A stretch of 64,000 nucleotides of DNA, from positions 1,472,001-1,536,000 of the forward strand of contig CP000067.1 of the NCBI GenBank assembly GCA_000002445.1, in the 5' to 3' direction. This stretch comes from Trypanosoma brucei. Its lineage: Eukaryota. How positions within the stretch are numbered: position 1 is the first letter of the stretch; every line of letters starts with the position of its first letter. Of the stretch, positions 43,810 to 55,728 are shown piece after piece. The notes below the pieces were generated by a model. It made no database searches. It saw only the letters and a program-made list of their open reading frames with translations, and was not told where the DNA came from. A program made the translations under genes and the position numbers.

Positions 43810-45360
43810 TTAAAACAGCAAGGCCACAAAAGCAGCAGAAACCATGCTGAGGGCGAATTTCTTGTTTAAGAGAAAACTGGAAGAGCGGCACTTTTCCTTT
43901 TCTGGTTCTGTTTCCCCATCTTTACCCTTTCTCCATCCACAAACAGGACTAGATTTTCCGGTGTTTTCAGCCTCACATTTAGTTTTCTCAGTATGGCTAG
44001 CACAGTTTGGAGTTGTGGCATCTCCTGTTCCTGCTACCTTGTCTTCTGTTCCTGCTTTAGGTTTGCACTTGTTTTCCTTTTCGTCATGGTCGCAGCCAAG
44101 TTTTTTGCATTCTTCTTTTGTTTGGTTGGTCTTCTGTTTGCAGTGGTGTTGTTTTCCGTCTTCGCCGTCTGTTTTCTTGCTTTGTGTTTCGGTTTGTGCT
44201 GCTGCTGGTTTTCCCATCATGTTGTACCGTGTCGCAGAGTATGCGGTTTGTATTGCGTCTGCTAAAATTTTGATGTGTTTGCTTGATGTCTCTGTGTTTT
44301 TCGCTGCGGCTTCTGCTTTGCGCAGTGCCTTGGCTGCTTTTGCAAGGTGGTTTAGCCAAGGGATGTTTAGGCCGCCTGTGATCGCGCTGTGCTTTCCGCT
44401 GTCGCTGGCGTATATCGCGCATGCTTGGCTGTTCGCCCCGGTGCACGTCCCGAGGTTAACTTTGCCTAAGTAATGTATAACGTCATTTCCTGCGCCTTTG
44501 GCGCTGCGCACCCTGCCTACTATGCGTTGTACTAAGGCTTCTAGGTCGCCTGCCGTGTATTCGGCCGGTTTAAGTGTTTTGCATTTGGCCTTTAATTGTG
44601 ATATGACGCTTTGATCGTTGCCTCCGCTCCACTTTATGGCGATGACTGGGTCTGCGCACTGGTCGCTGGTGTCGGCTGATTGTGTGCCGCAGATACACAT
44701 TACGTCGCCGTAGATAGAAAGGCCCGCGTTCTTTGCGCAGCCGTTTGCGTACGTCGCTGCGTGTTTTATTGTCTTTCCGTCCGTGAACTTTGGTTGCGTT
44801 ACGCCGGTCCCGTAGAGCGCTTGTATCAGCTCGTCTTTGGCTTCGTTTGGGTACGTTTCCGTTGCTTCTGTTGTCGCTGTTTCGAGCGCCGCTTGTTGTT
44901 TTAGTAGCTGTCTTAGGGTTGAGTTTATTTTTTCCGCGGCTGCCTGTAATGCTGGCGCTGAGGCGGGCCGGGGGTTTAGGGTCAGCCACTTACTTTGGCC
45001 AGTGCCGCTGTCAACTGTTTCTTTGTCCTCCACCCATTTATCATAGTCTGCTTCCCAGTGAGATTTGAACGGTTCACCTGTTACTTTTTGCTTTTTTGCT
45101 TCCCAGCTGTTTTTGCTCTTGCCGCCTACGAATATTTCTTGCCAGGTTTCGTCGGCGGCTGACATGTTTAGCGCCCTCGCATGCTTTATTGTCGTTTCGG
45201 CGGAGTCTGCCGTTGTGAGTTTGGTTGGCTCTGCGCCGTCTAGGGCTATTGCGGTGCAAAGCAACTGCAAGTCTGCTGCGTTGTCAGCTTGAAACGACGC
45301 TAGTGCCGGTGAAGTCAACGCTAGTGCGATTAGAAATATCTTGGACCACTGTCCTATCAT
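43810..45360 (-). CDS. VSG: Variant surface glycoprotein, full-length intact ORF (516 aa), immediately followed downstream by 3'UTR and TTAGGG repeats
   Basis: Signal peptide MIGQWSKIFLIALALTSPALA. B-type N-domain. C-domain with canonical GPI signal ...CRSSSFLLNKKFALSMVSAAFVALLF. Confidence 0.85.
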   Translation of the reverse strand: MIGQWSKIFLIALALTSPALASFQADNAADLQLLCTAIALDGAEPTKLTTADSAETTIKHARALNMSAADETWQEIFVGGKSKNSWEAKKQKVTGEPFKSHWEADYDKWVEDKETVDSGTGQSKWLTLNPRPASAPALQAAAEKINSTLRQLLKQQAALETATTEATETYPNEAKDELIQALYGTGVTQPKFTDGKTIKHAATYANGCAKNAGLSIYGDVMCICGTQSADTSDQCADPVIAIKWSGGNDQSVISQLKAKCKTLKPAEYTAGDLEALVQRIVGRVRSAKGAGNDVIHYLGKVNLGTCTGANSQACAIYASDSGKHSAITGGLNIPWLNHLAKAAKALRKAEAAAKNTETSSKHIKILADAIQTAYSATRYNMMGKPAAAQTETQSKKTDGEDGKQHHCKQKTNQTKEECKKLGCDHDEKENKCKPKAGTEDKVAGTGDATTPNCASHTEKTKCEAENTGKSSPVCGWRKGKDGETEPEKEKCRSSSFLLNKKFALSMVSAAFVALLF

Positions 45361-46544
45361 CTGTCAGTTACAAGTCTTATCAGTTTGTAAGTGGGAGAGA
45401 TTGGTGTTGTGGCGTGTCAGTTGTCACAGCTTGACTTGATCAGGGTTCCGATAGATTATAAAACAATTTTTTTATCAATGCGCTTTGCAACTGGGTTGGG
45501 CTTAATCTTTTCTTTGTTTCTGCCTCTTCTTATGGCGTCAGTCGGTTTTGCTTTGCTGTAATATCCTTCCTGTGACTTGGGTTGCTCCTTACTGAATAAC
45601 CACACGTGCCTCCTTCAAATGCAAAATCCTCTGCAAAAACGTCTGCTGTCCTGCTTTTCTGATCGGCAGTACGCTGCATTGCCGTTCTGCATGTCCTCGA
45701 TTCAGCAGTCATTTCGATGGGTTTGTCATGTGTAGTTTTTTCCGACAGATTTTAAGTTTTGCAACGTGTCGGATGAGAAACATAGGAGATTTATTAAAAA
45801 TACACTTGCTTTATATGAAGAATCTTCACTTTAACGTCTAACGGATACCACTTTATATATATCTTAAATCTTTGATATTTATTCTAACTGTGCTCATGTT
45901 TCAAGGTCAATCCTGTTAGTTAGAGTCATGTGCAATCATGTTAAAACGGTGCTGCTTTCCACGTACGCTTCACTCCGACCATGACGCATCGCTATCCTGG
46001 TCTATCGCCGATCTATATCTCCTATTGTTCGAGAATTACAGTCCTTCCTGCATTATTTTGCTTTGATAGTTTCTGATGCGTTACATAAACACCACATCAG
46101 TGTATGTTCTCATATAAATTACTCGTTAGTTGGAAACTGTAGCCGGTTCTCTTCTACACAAATATGGTGGTGGTAGTGCATAATCGTTAACTTTATCTTC
46201 CCTATTAAAATCCTCTGCCGTGGCCCATCTGCAATTTTTTACTCTTCTGGTGCGTACTTTTGGTTTGTCTTTTTTCAGTCGCCTTCCCCTTTGGTATAGC
46301 TGCGTCTGAAAACTGTCCAAAGCTTCTACGATCGGGTCGGTTGCTGCCTCTTTGACAGCAGCCCCATGTTCTTTCGCTTAATGATTGATCGTTCTTTTCT
46401 CCGTTCGAGAGCGCGTATAATTCATTAATTTCTTCCATTACACTTTTTATTGTTATTTATGTTAGCGCTGCCACAGTCTTTCTCGGTCATTTACTATTAT
46501 TGTACATATTCGCTATTTTTTTTGCTTCTACTTTGCAAAGAGAT

Positions 46545-46690
46545 TTGGTTCTTACCATTATTATTAAAATATTCGTATACACACACTCACAACACACTCC
46601 TATTATTATTATCATTATCATTATTATTACTGCTTACATTATAATAGTCGTATACATACACTCACAACATGTTCCCCTACTACTATCTTT
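46545..46690 (-). repeat. Two tandem 70-bp-repeat-like units upstream of VSG 43810-45360
   Basis: attcgtatacacacactcacaacacactcctattattattatcattatcattattattactg and a second unit tcgtatacatacactcacaacatg.... Confidence 0.7.
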
Positions 46691-46958
46691 ATTATAACCA
46701 TAACAAATAGCTTTGAAAGAACAAAAATTAAAGAATAAATAAAACAAGAATAGTAATCGTTTTTTTATACTATAACGTCCTTTACTACTTTTTATCCGTA
46801 GGTAAAAGCTATTTACATTTTACTGAAATTTAAATGATTCGCTCATTTCCAAAAAAATGTTAAAACTGTATAAATTGAAGTAAATTTTAGAAAATAATCT
46901 CAAAATGATATATTCATAAATTTCAGTAAATAGAGCAAAGATATTTTAAATTTATTTA

Positions 46959-48372
46959 TTATAGAACCAAAAATGCAAGAAAAATAGGAGCCTTGTTAAT
47001 GACAAATGAATTGCTTCCTGTGGTGTTTGTGCTTGTTGTTTTTCCATTTTCCCTATCTTTCTTTTCTGTCTTTTCTTCAGGTTTTGGAAAGCATTTTGGT
47101 GTCTTTGTTTCATCGAATTCACAACCCGTCTCCCCTGTGCAGTCTTTTCTGGTGCTATGTTTGCCACAATTATCTTTGTTTTTGTTGTTTGAGTTGTCGC
47201 CACTTCCTTTGCACGTTTTGTCTGGAGATACTGTTTGCAAGAACTTGCTGTTTCTCAGTTCGGCATAGTGCGCTAAAAGGCCGCAGATGTCTCCAACGTT
47301 GGTTAAACTTTCTATCGTTGTGTCGTCTTCTGCTGCTGTGGTAGGGTTTATTACTTTATCCTCTCTGGCTTTCTCCCAAGCTTGCCATGCCTTTGCATCG
47401 TCGTCACCAAACCAGGTCGTTTTTAGGTTGGCTGTTTGGGGGTCGAGATCTTTTGTTTTTTTACCTTCTCTTGCCGATAAAATTTTCTTTAACGCTTCCA
47501 TTGCGGTAGCGGAAGCGGCTAGTCTTTTTATTGTGACTTCGTCAATTTTTGTTTGCGGCGCGTGCTGGAGATTTATTGCCGCTTGGGTGGCTGTATGAAC
47601 GCGCTGAAAAAAAAGTAGTATCGGTGGTGTGGCCTGGCGGCTTTATGTTGGCTAAGGCTTGCCCTATGGGTTGCTGGGTAGCGGTCGCCCCTATTAGCCC
47701 AAATGCGAGTTGCGCCTTGCCTGTGTTGCCAGTTAAAATGCCGGGGCTGGCTGTTTGACTTACTGTTGTCTCGAAAAATCCACACTGGCTCCGCGTTCCT
47801 TGGCCTGTAGCGGCTGCTGCTCCTGTTATTGTGGGGAACCCATTGGCATTTACTATGCTAGAGCTTATTATCCCGTCGCCTTCGTGTTGTGGAATGTTGA
47901 GCTCCTGGCATTGTGTTGCTGCTACTTCCGCCTTGCCATCGGCGTTGCCGTTATTGTTTGCGAGAAAGTAGTTGGTCGTCCCTGCGGCATGGTATAGCGT
48001 GTCGACTGCTGAGGTAATCGCCCCAGAAAGTTCACTGGTGTATGCTGTTGCGTCTAGAGCTGCTTTGAGATTTTGCTGTGTATAAGTGTTCCTTGTCTTT
48101 TTCTCCGCCGCCGCTGCTGCGGAAATGGCCCTCAGTGTCGCTGCTTCTTTTGTCAGAGCGTTTTTTTCATTGTACAGTGTTATCTTGGCTATTAGTAAAT
48201 CCAGCGTGTCGGATGCAATCATGTGAGTCGCTAGTTTTGTATTAAGTGCTTTGCCGGTTTTCCTCAGCTCCCGAACCAGCTGGCATTGGGGTATCCAGAC
48301 GGTTCCTTTTAGCGCGTAGTTAGTTGCATGTGCAAGTTTAGCTGTTGCACAGATCTGAGTTAGGAGTAGCAA
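46959..48372 (-). pseudogene. VSG with a single frameshift (N-domain ORF 47542-48372; C-domain plus GPI ORF 46959-47501); otherwise full-length
   Basis: Signal peptide MLLLTQICATAKLAHA plus A-type N-domain. The C-terminal ORF ends ...TNTTGSNSFVINKAPIFLAFLVL. The frame break lies around 47,500-47,620, which contains an A8 homopolymer (47,607-47,614). Confidence 0.7.
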
Positions 48373-48984
48373 CTATAATAGCATCCCCTTTTTGTGCTGT
48401 TTTCCTGGTGCTGTTGAATCGTGGCCTTTTTTGCTTCCTAGTACACTATTTTTTTTTTAATTACGTGACTAGATGGTAATCAGCTGCTATAAATAAATTA
48501 AGTGACAGGTTTCGATGGGAAGTTGGACGGCGATGCTGATGGCTGATGCTTTGTTTGCACATTGTTGCCATACTGTCGTTGCAGTCACGTTTTTCTCGTT
48601 TGCTTCCGGCGAGTCAGCTTCTGTCAACAGCTTTGTTGGCGCCACTATAACTCCAGTAACAACCACGGTGACTGGATCATCTGCGTTTGTCTTGTTTCTT
48701 ATATTGAAAATACACTACAGTCGGTGAAATTCAAACGTAGCCTGGCATTAATCAAGGTTAGAATTCACTATCGAGTTAAAACCTACAGTCAGCATTATCT
48801 CCTTTTGCATAATTGTGGTAATAATCTAATTTGTTTTTAGATATCCGTATATTCTACCTTCATTTTCTTTCTCCGTTACCTTTAATAGTGCTCATCATGT
48901 TCTCCCCACTCACTCCCTCGATGTCATTGCACCCTTGAAGTTCGATGAAGTGTTTCGACTGTATCTTTCCATTTTTGACCACTA

Positions 48985-49090
48985 TTATTATAATACTAGT
49001 ATATATACACTCACAGCACTCTTCTATTATTATCATTATCATCATTATTATTATTAATAATAATAATAATTATTATTATTATTTATAACA
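48985..49090 (-). repeat. 70-bp-repeat-like element with long (ATT/ATC)n triplet run
   Basis: tatatatacactcacagcactcttctattattatcattatcatcattattattattaataataataataat.... Confidence 0.65.
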
Positions 49091-49319
49091 TACATGAAAA
49101 GCAAAAAAATTATAAGAGAACTCACTTTTTACAGCGTTTCACCATCCTACTTTACACCCACATACCACTATGATACACATATTATTGAAAAATTTTTAAT
49201 TTTTTCTAATTTGCATATTTTCATCAAAAAGTGTTAATATATATTACAATTTTAGATAATTTTTCTCAAATTATCATATTTCACTATTTCTTGAAATTGA
49301 GCAGAAATTTTTAGAAAAT

Positions 49320-50795
49320 TTAATTAAAAAGCAAAAATGCAAGCCAAAGAGGCGAATCTTTGATGACAAAAGAATTTCTTCCTGTGGTGTTCGTTTTACC
49401 ATCTTTATTTGTTTCTTTGCTTTCTGCCGCTTTTACCGCTTCCTTCTTGCCTTCCTTACTCAAGGTGCACTTTTTGTCCCTGTCGCCGTCTTTGTTGAAA
49501 ACACATCCCTGGTCCTTTAGCTTTTCACACCCATCTTGTTTGTCCTTGCCTTTGGTATTGCATTCTTTTTCCTTCTCTTCTGCTGATTTTGTAGCCGTCT
49601 TGGCTTCTGCCTCTCGAGGTTTTTTCGCGGTGTCAGCCAGTTTCTGCTTGTTCAAGTCCGAGTAGTAAAAGTACAAGCGCACCAGCTCGCTTATGTCGGT
49701 TATTTGGCCTAGGCTTTTGGCATCTGTGTTGTCTGTTAGTATGCCTGCGATAGGCATATTGTTTACGTTGGTTGATATTAATTTGTTGATGCTCTCGTCA
49801 CTACCAAAAGCTTTCTTGACCTTTGCTGCCAATGTGGTATCGCTGTCATCGGCTGTTTCCTTTTTACCAAGAATGTGTCTGCGAGCTGCCTTTTTGAAAT
49901 CTGTTGAGGCTAAGGCAGTATCTGCTGTCGTGAGGTCCGCTGCTTTAGGCGTTTGCTTGCTCCGCTTTGCGGCTGTTGCTGCTGCTTTTAGGTAGGGGTG
50001 TTCGTCGTCCCCCATCACGTTCGCCAGGGCTATTGTTCTAATGCCGTTGGCTGCGTCTAGGCTTATTATCCCTGCGGCCATTTTGGGCTTGTTCCCCGAT
50101 GTGTCGACGCTGGTACCGTCGTTGTTCAGTTTAAAACCGCTTGCGGCCGAATTGATGTTGCATTTTCTGTCTCCGCTTGTGAACTTGTTGTGCGCTATGG
50201 CATTTGCAAATTTTCCGCCTAGTCCCGTTTTCGTTATGGCTGTCACTGTGCCGTCGTACGTGGTTACTGTTTCCCAGCTGAGCTGACAGTTTGGGTTTGC
50301 TTCTACGACCGCGCTGAACCCTGCTAATGCGTTGCTTCCAGACTCGTTATCGCCGATGCAGCCGTTTGCTGAGGTTGATCCGTCTGCTTGTACAGACATG
50401 AATTCGTGCGTTGCTCCGTGCAACCTGCCGGCGTCTCGGGCTGTTGTTACGTCTGTTGCTACACTTGTTGATGAGTAGTATTCTAGGTTTTCTGCTGTTT
50501 GGCCGGCTAGGAAAGCTGCTGCTTTTCCCTGCACTTTCGTCGCTGCACTGGTTGAGTTGCCTTCGATGTAGATTAAGGTGCGTAAGAGTGCTTTTATGTC
50601 AGCCGCCACTTGCAATCCAGGCGCTCGAATATTCGTTAGCGCCAATCCTGCTAGGTTGCCTGCGTCAGCGGTTACTTTGCATATTGCTTGCCAGTTTGCT
50701 TTCTTGATGACGTTTCCCGCTGTCGCTTCGCCTGGTCGTGGTGATGTTACTGAAGCGATTAGAAGCGGCAGGGCTAACCCTAACTTTGGTGGCAT
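49320..50795 (-). CDS. VSG: Variant surface glycoprotein, full-length ORF (491 aa)
   Basis: Signal MPPKLGLALPLLIASVTS. N-domain and Cys-rich C-domain. GPI signal variant ...TNTTGRNSFVIKDSPLWLAFLLFN. Confidence 0.8.
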   Translation of the reverse strand: MPPKLGLALPLLIASVTSPRPGEATAGNVIKKANWQAICKVTADAGNLAGLALTNIRAPGLQVAADIKALLRTLIYIEGNSTSAATKVQGKAAAFLAGQTAENLEYYSSTSVATDVTTARDAGRLHGATHEFMSVQADGSTSANGCIGDNESGSNALAGFSAVVEANPNCQLSWETVTTYDGTVTAITKTGLGGKFANAIAHNKFTSGDRKCNINSAASGFKLNNDGTSVDTSGNKPKMAAGIISLDAANGIRTIALANVMGDDEHPYLKAAATAAKRSKQTPKAADLTTADTALASTDFKKAARRHILGKKETADDSDTTLAAKVKKAFGSDESINKLISTNVNNMPIAGILTDNTDAKSLGQITDISELVRLYFYYSDLNKQKLADTAKKPREAEAKTATKSAEEKEKECNTKGKDKQDGCEKLKDQGCVFNKDGDRDKKCTLSKEGKKEAVKAAESKETNKDGKTNTTGRNSFVIKDSPLWLAFLLFN

Positions 50796-52559
50796 TCGTT
50801 TTATTGCTAAACAAGTGCGCGGCTAAAGGTATATAATCAATTTTCTGAAATTGAAATACTTAAATTGGCGTTACCATTGCAGTGGCTTGGTGTTCCTTGT
50901 TTTACGCAATACGTGCACTAGTTTCTGTTGTCGATTACATCGAAATAGTTTAATCACGCACCGTTTTTCATTGGTAGTTTTAAAGGTCAGAACTCTTTCC
51001 TACTGACTAGTGCCGCCACTGCTGACTACATCTTCGCTGCACTCTCCACTAGAAGATGATTACCTAATAGGGACGTTACTGGTACGTTCTTTTCGATTTT
51101 CTTTTTGTGACGGACGACGTAGGTCCATTTTACGTGCACGACAGGCACGAAGAGATCGTCCACCCATTTGGCTGCACTCCGGGCTGCTCAATCAGCGCCA
51201 GCGTCATCATCAACAGCCGGTGAATGATTAAAATTTATCCTTTGTGCCTTACTTCTCACCTGGAAAGTTAGCTCAAGGATTAAGGGCGGCGCTATAAATA
51301 AACAGCCGGACGCCTGACCGCTCCCACGTAAAAAGAAACAACCTGTGGAAAAATGGAAATATACAAAATTTGGTCGCTTCATTGTTTCGTGTCAAACGAT
51401 TCTATGTTTTTCACCTTTGTTTGTAAGGGCCTAGACGTAATAAAGAACGCCGTTAAGTTCAACAATGTTCACTTTTTACTGTGAAAGAGGTTCATCCAAA
51501 TTTTAAAGATATATCATTTACGCGTTGCAATGGTCTTTATCTGGTTACACTTTACGGCTCTCGTTTTGTTTCAGAATGAAAATTTAACCGCGTTAAAAAT
51601 GATCACAACGCTGGTTCGTCTGATTCTTCCTTCCATTCCTGGTTTATTTGTATCCTCCGGCGTTTAAACGTTGCTACTTTGCCTCCTGAAAGTTCCTTCG
51701 TTTCTGCCATTGTCTTACCTTATGTTCCACTTCAACTTGCGGCTACCGACCACTTTTATATGAATTTCTCGCTCCTTCATAGGTTTTAGTGTCTGACTAG
51801 TATACCAAAAACAAATTGGAGGAATATCACCATTGAATTTCTACACTTTATAGAGATATTCTATGTGTTCATATGCACCATTTCCAGAAGGATTCGTATT
51901 TTTATTCTTTTGCTGCTCGCCAAAGTAATTCATTAGTATTTATAGTTTTAAAAATATTTTCTTACTATAATATTATATTTGTTTCACAAATATTGGCCAT
52001 TATTACTATATTTAATGAGTGGATGACTTAGAAATTACCCCACACTTAACCCAAAGCCTCTTTTCCGTTGCCACTGCTTCTGTTTTTCAGATCTCTTCAC
52101 CACTGGATATTAGGGTCATGTTTAATCTACAGTCGCAACCATCACCTCTTTTGTTGCATCTATACATTTTCGAGTGGAAATGTGGGACATCTGTGGCCTT
52201 TCCAGTATTATTTTATTGTGTAGCCCTCTGGATTTTTGGATATACTTTCATTTAATTTTTTATTTTTCAGATTTTAAAAATTAAATGTCTCTTTAACTGC
52301 GTGTAACGTTGCGACCCATTTGGACTGCACACTAGACTTTCTCTCTTGACATGACGTTCACCTTATTATCTCCTTTAGTAAGGTCATTCCCACAGTCATA
52401 TCGTTACTTGAAACTGCGTATATTCCGTCTCCATTTTTTCCTATTGTCCTTCTGCACTTTCTTTGAAAATGTTCATCTTGCTATTTTTCACACCAACTCA
52501 CTTAAACCAACTTTACCCTTGTCATTGACTCAGGCACTTTTTTTCTCGTCTCTTTGGTA

Positions 52560-52680
52560 GTAATCACCACTGCTGTTGTTTTAATATTACTACGTACACA
52601 ATTGCAACATACTGCTGCCATTATCCTCATTTTTTATTATTACTGTTACTATTATTGCCATGACTACTATAAATGTAATA
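52560..52680 (-). repeat. Degenerate 70-bp-repeat-like element upstream of VSG 49320-50795
   Basis: aatattactacgtacacaattgcaacatactg...ttattattactgttactattattgcc. Confidence 0.35.
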
Positions 52681-52999
52681 AATGCAATAAAATAGGTTGG
52701 TAAATTTCGTCAATAGCAATAATTTTTCAAATCCTACACGCCTTTTAAGTTTCACTTATAGTCAACTTTCTCATACATTTTTTTTAAAATCATATTTTAG
52801 ATATTATATATATATATATTCTATACATTTTATAATTTTCATATTGTCTCGAAAATTCTCAAAATTTCAACAATTTGCACATTTAATTAAAAAAGAGTTA
52901 ACATATATCAAATGTTATAAATTTTAGAAATTTTAGAAAATATTCTTAAAATGCTATAATTATAGAATGCCAAAAAGTTCACAAAAGCAACAGTAACCA

Positions 53000-54400
53000 A
53001 AGACAATTAGAGTACATTTCTTATTTGAAAGAGTAATGGAATTTTTTCAAGGTTTTTCTTTACACTTACAGCCCGGAGATTTACACTCGTATTTTTTCTT
53101 TCCCTTGCATTTTTGTAGAAGTTTGGGTTCCTCAGATATTTTATTGCATTCTGTTTCTGGTGATTTTCCTTTTTGGTCTGCTAGTTCATTTTTGAGTTTA
53201 GTTATTTTCTCCGCTTCCTGTTTTTGTCTTGCTGCCGCTTTGGCTTCGTTATAAGCTAAAAGGCCTTCTAGTACTTCCGACGTTGTTAAAGAGTTCAGCT
53301 CCGTTGTCTAACCGTAATCTTTTTCCGGGTTCACAACCCTGGTTGTTTTGAGTTGCGTCCACAGTTTGTCTGTTTCTTCGTTGTTTTCTCCGATGTTTTG
53401 CTTGTACTCGGCATCGATGTCATCTTTTACCGATTTTGGCGATGTGTTGTTCGCCGCTGCTAAAAAGTTTCTGATGTGTTGTTCGACGGACGTTTTGCTT
53501 CCTAGCGCAATTAGAGTTTTTTGAATACTTCCGTTACCTGGACGACCGGTTTCGTGAAAAAAATCTTTCGTTGCTGTGTGCAAGTCCTTCCAGAATTTAT
53601 TGATTCCTCCACCAACCGCTGTTTCGATGTTGGTTATTGCCGGTGTAGTGGGATCCGAGGCTGCGTTTAATTTGAAAAGCCCATTAATTTTTTGACCTTA
53701 TCGATTTTTGGAGTGCCTGTTGGGAATCCAGTGTTGGTCTCCTGATTGGCGGTTCCAGTGAAAAAACCGAACTTAGTCTTAGTCGCATTGCCGTCTGGTG
53801 TCGAGATCGGGTCCCCATCCTCGAATACGGTTTGAATTAGCTCATTAGAGTGGTGGAAAGTGCCTGCTTCGAAGTCTGCGGCTGCTGCGTGCGCACACCC
53901 TTCGGTCTCTGTAGGGCCTGCGGCGTCGGTACTGTCAGGTGGGCCTGTCACGTAATAGGCTGTTTTTGCGTTGTTTATGCTCTCTAGCATTTCGTAGAAG
54001 TCCGTTATTAAAGCTGATGCAGCGTGGCCGTAGCTTGAAGCCTTGATCGCTTTCTAGGCTTTTGCTAGAGGTTGTTGTTGCAGCGTTGAGGCTTTATGAC
54101 CAGCTGCTGCCACCAGGATCGTTGCTGTTTCTTGCTTAGTCTGGCTTTCATGTAAGGCGTAGATTTTGAGTCTGAGACTAAGGATATGAAGGTTTTGGAT
54201 GTTGGTTGCGCGTGAGGTGAATGATGAAACTGATGCTTTAGACGTCGATCTAACGGTCCTTGCTGGTTTGTAGTATCGTACCAAAAGTGTATGTTTAATA
54301 CCTTTGTTGTTTGCTGTGACTACTGCTGCAGCGGCGAGTATAAATGTTATAGCCCTTGCTGTAGATTGCGTCGTTTTGCGTACATACATTTTTTTCATGG
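53000..54400 (-). pseudogene. VSG pseudogene (multiple frameshifts and stops)
   Basis: 54054-54398 encodes a signal-peptide-like start (MKKMYVRKTTQSTARAITFILAAAAVVTA). 53667-53990 and 53308-53583 carry N-domain-like segments in other frames. The C-terminal region at 53,036-53,260 is Cys/Lys-rich on the minus strand. Confidence 0.55.
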
Positions 54401-55414
54401 GTTTGCCGTTTTATTATGTTTTTAGGTTTACGTATTCGCGTATACTGTGCTTTAATATCCCAGGGAGAATTTTTGTGAATGTTGTGAGGGCTCTGCTACC
54501 GCGTGCGCACTAGAGAGCTTTTGCACGACAACGTTACAGGCTTTAGCTATAGAAACTGGCCGTTCTGTTTAGCTGGTCGGTTCAGAAAGATTTGTGGAGT
54601 TCCGCGTCGACGGAGTAGCTCATTTCAAGTAAAGAGGAAATGAAATTCAGAATGCCACCCGATTTACTTTTGCAGAAGTATATACAAAAAGTCACGTAGT
54701 TAAGTATAAGAATATTCACTCTTAATTGCAGTTACTGTATGCATTTCTTCCGCTCCGACTACTGTACGGATGCATCTTCGACGACGATATAACACCAACA
54801 CTTCTGTGTTGCGCATGCTCTTGAGCATGTCCCGTTTTTATGCTTAGTTAATGCTGCTGTTTTCTTCTATTGTTCTGAAATGGAAGTCCTGCATGCACTA
54901 TTTTTTGAAAGTTTCTTGATGTGCTACATCAATGCTCTGTCCGTATGTGTTCTTATGTGAATTATCGCTCCTCAAAAGGGTTAAATGGTTTGTTTTTGAG
55001 GCAGCAGTACAGAGGCGGTATATCGTCTGAAACTTTCTCTACTTCATAAAACTCATCTGTGACTCTTAGAAGCGCCTATTTCGTCATTTCTATCTGTAAT
55101 TCCCTGCCTTGGTACGAAGCAGCTTCTCCTTCCGTTGCTGCGGGTAATAAAATGAGTCCATTCTTACTGACCGATGAATTCCGTATTCTCACAGTATCCA
55201 TTTCCTTCTTCTTCTTCCGTACGATGATCATATCGGTCTTCCACTCTGCACAGGACACTCCATATAATCTAATTTCCAATCTTAATTATCGTTCATAATA
55301 TTCCCCTTGCTCCTCTCCCGTTAATTTTTACTGATTCTCACGGCTCACTAGCTATTACTTTAAATTCCCTTTATTAAACCGTAAATATACTTTGCGTAAT
55401 CACTTTAGTTATAC

Positions 55415-55470
55415 TATTCGTATATACACATTCATAATACACTCCTAATATTATCGCTACTATTGTAAAA
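55415..55470 (-). repeat. 70-bp-repeat-like element
   Basis: attcgtatatacacattcataatacactcctaatattatcgctactattg. Confidence 0.5.
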
Positions 55471-55728
55471 CTAACCAAAATACATAAAATAAACAATGTT
55501 AATCGGAATAACATTCATTTTATATAACCTATCACCATACTTCTTTACACTATTATGTCACTGCTATACGCATTTTTCAAAATTTAAACTAATTTGCACA
55601 TTTTCATAAAAACCTCTAAAATATCACAAATGTAGCAATTCTCTCAAAAAGTAAATACTAATAAATATTGAATAAAACATTTTACAAAAATTTATTATAC
55701 AAGCGAAAATGCATGCAAAAGGGGAGCT

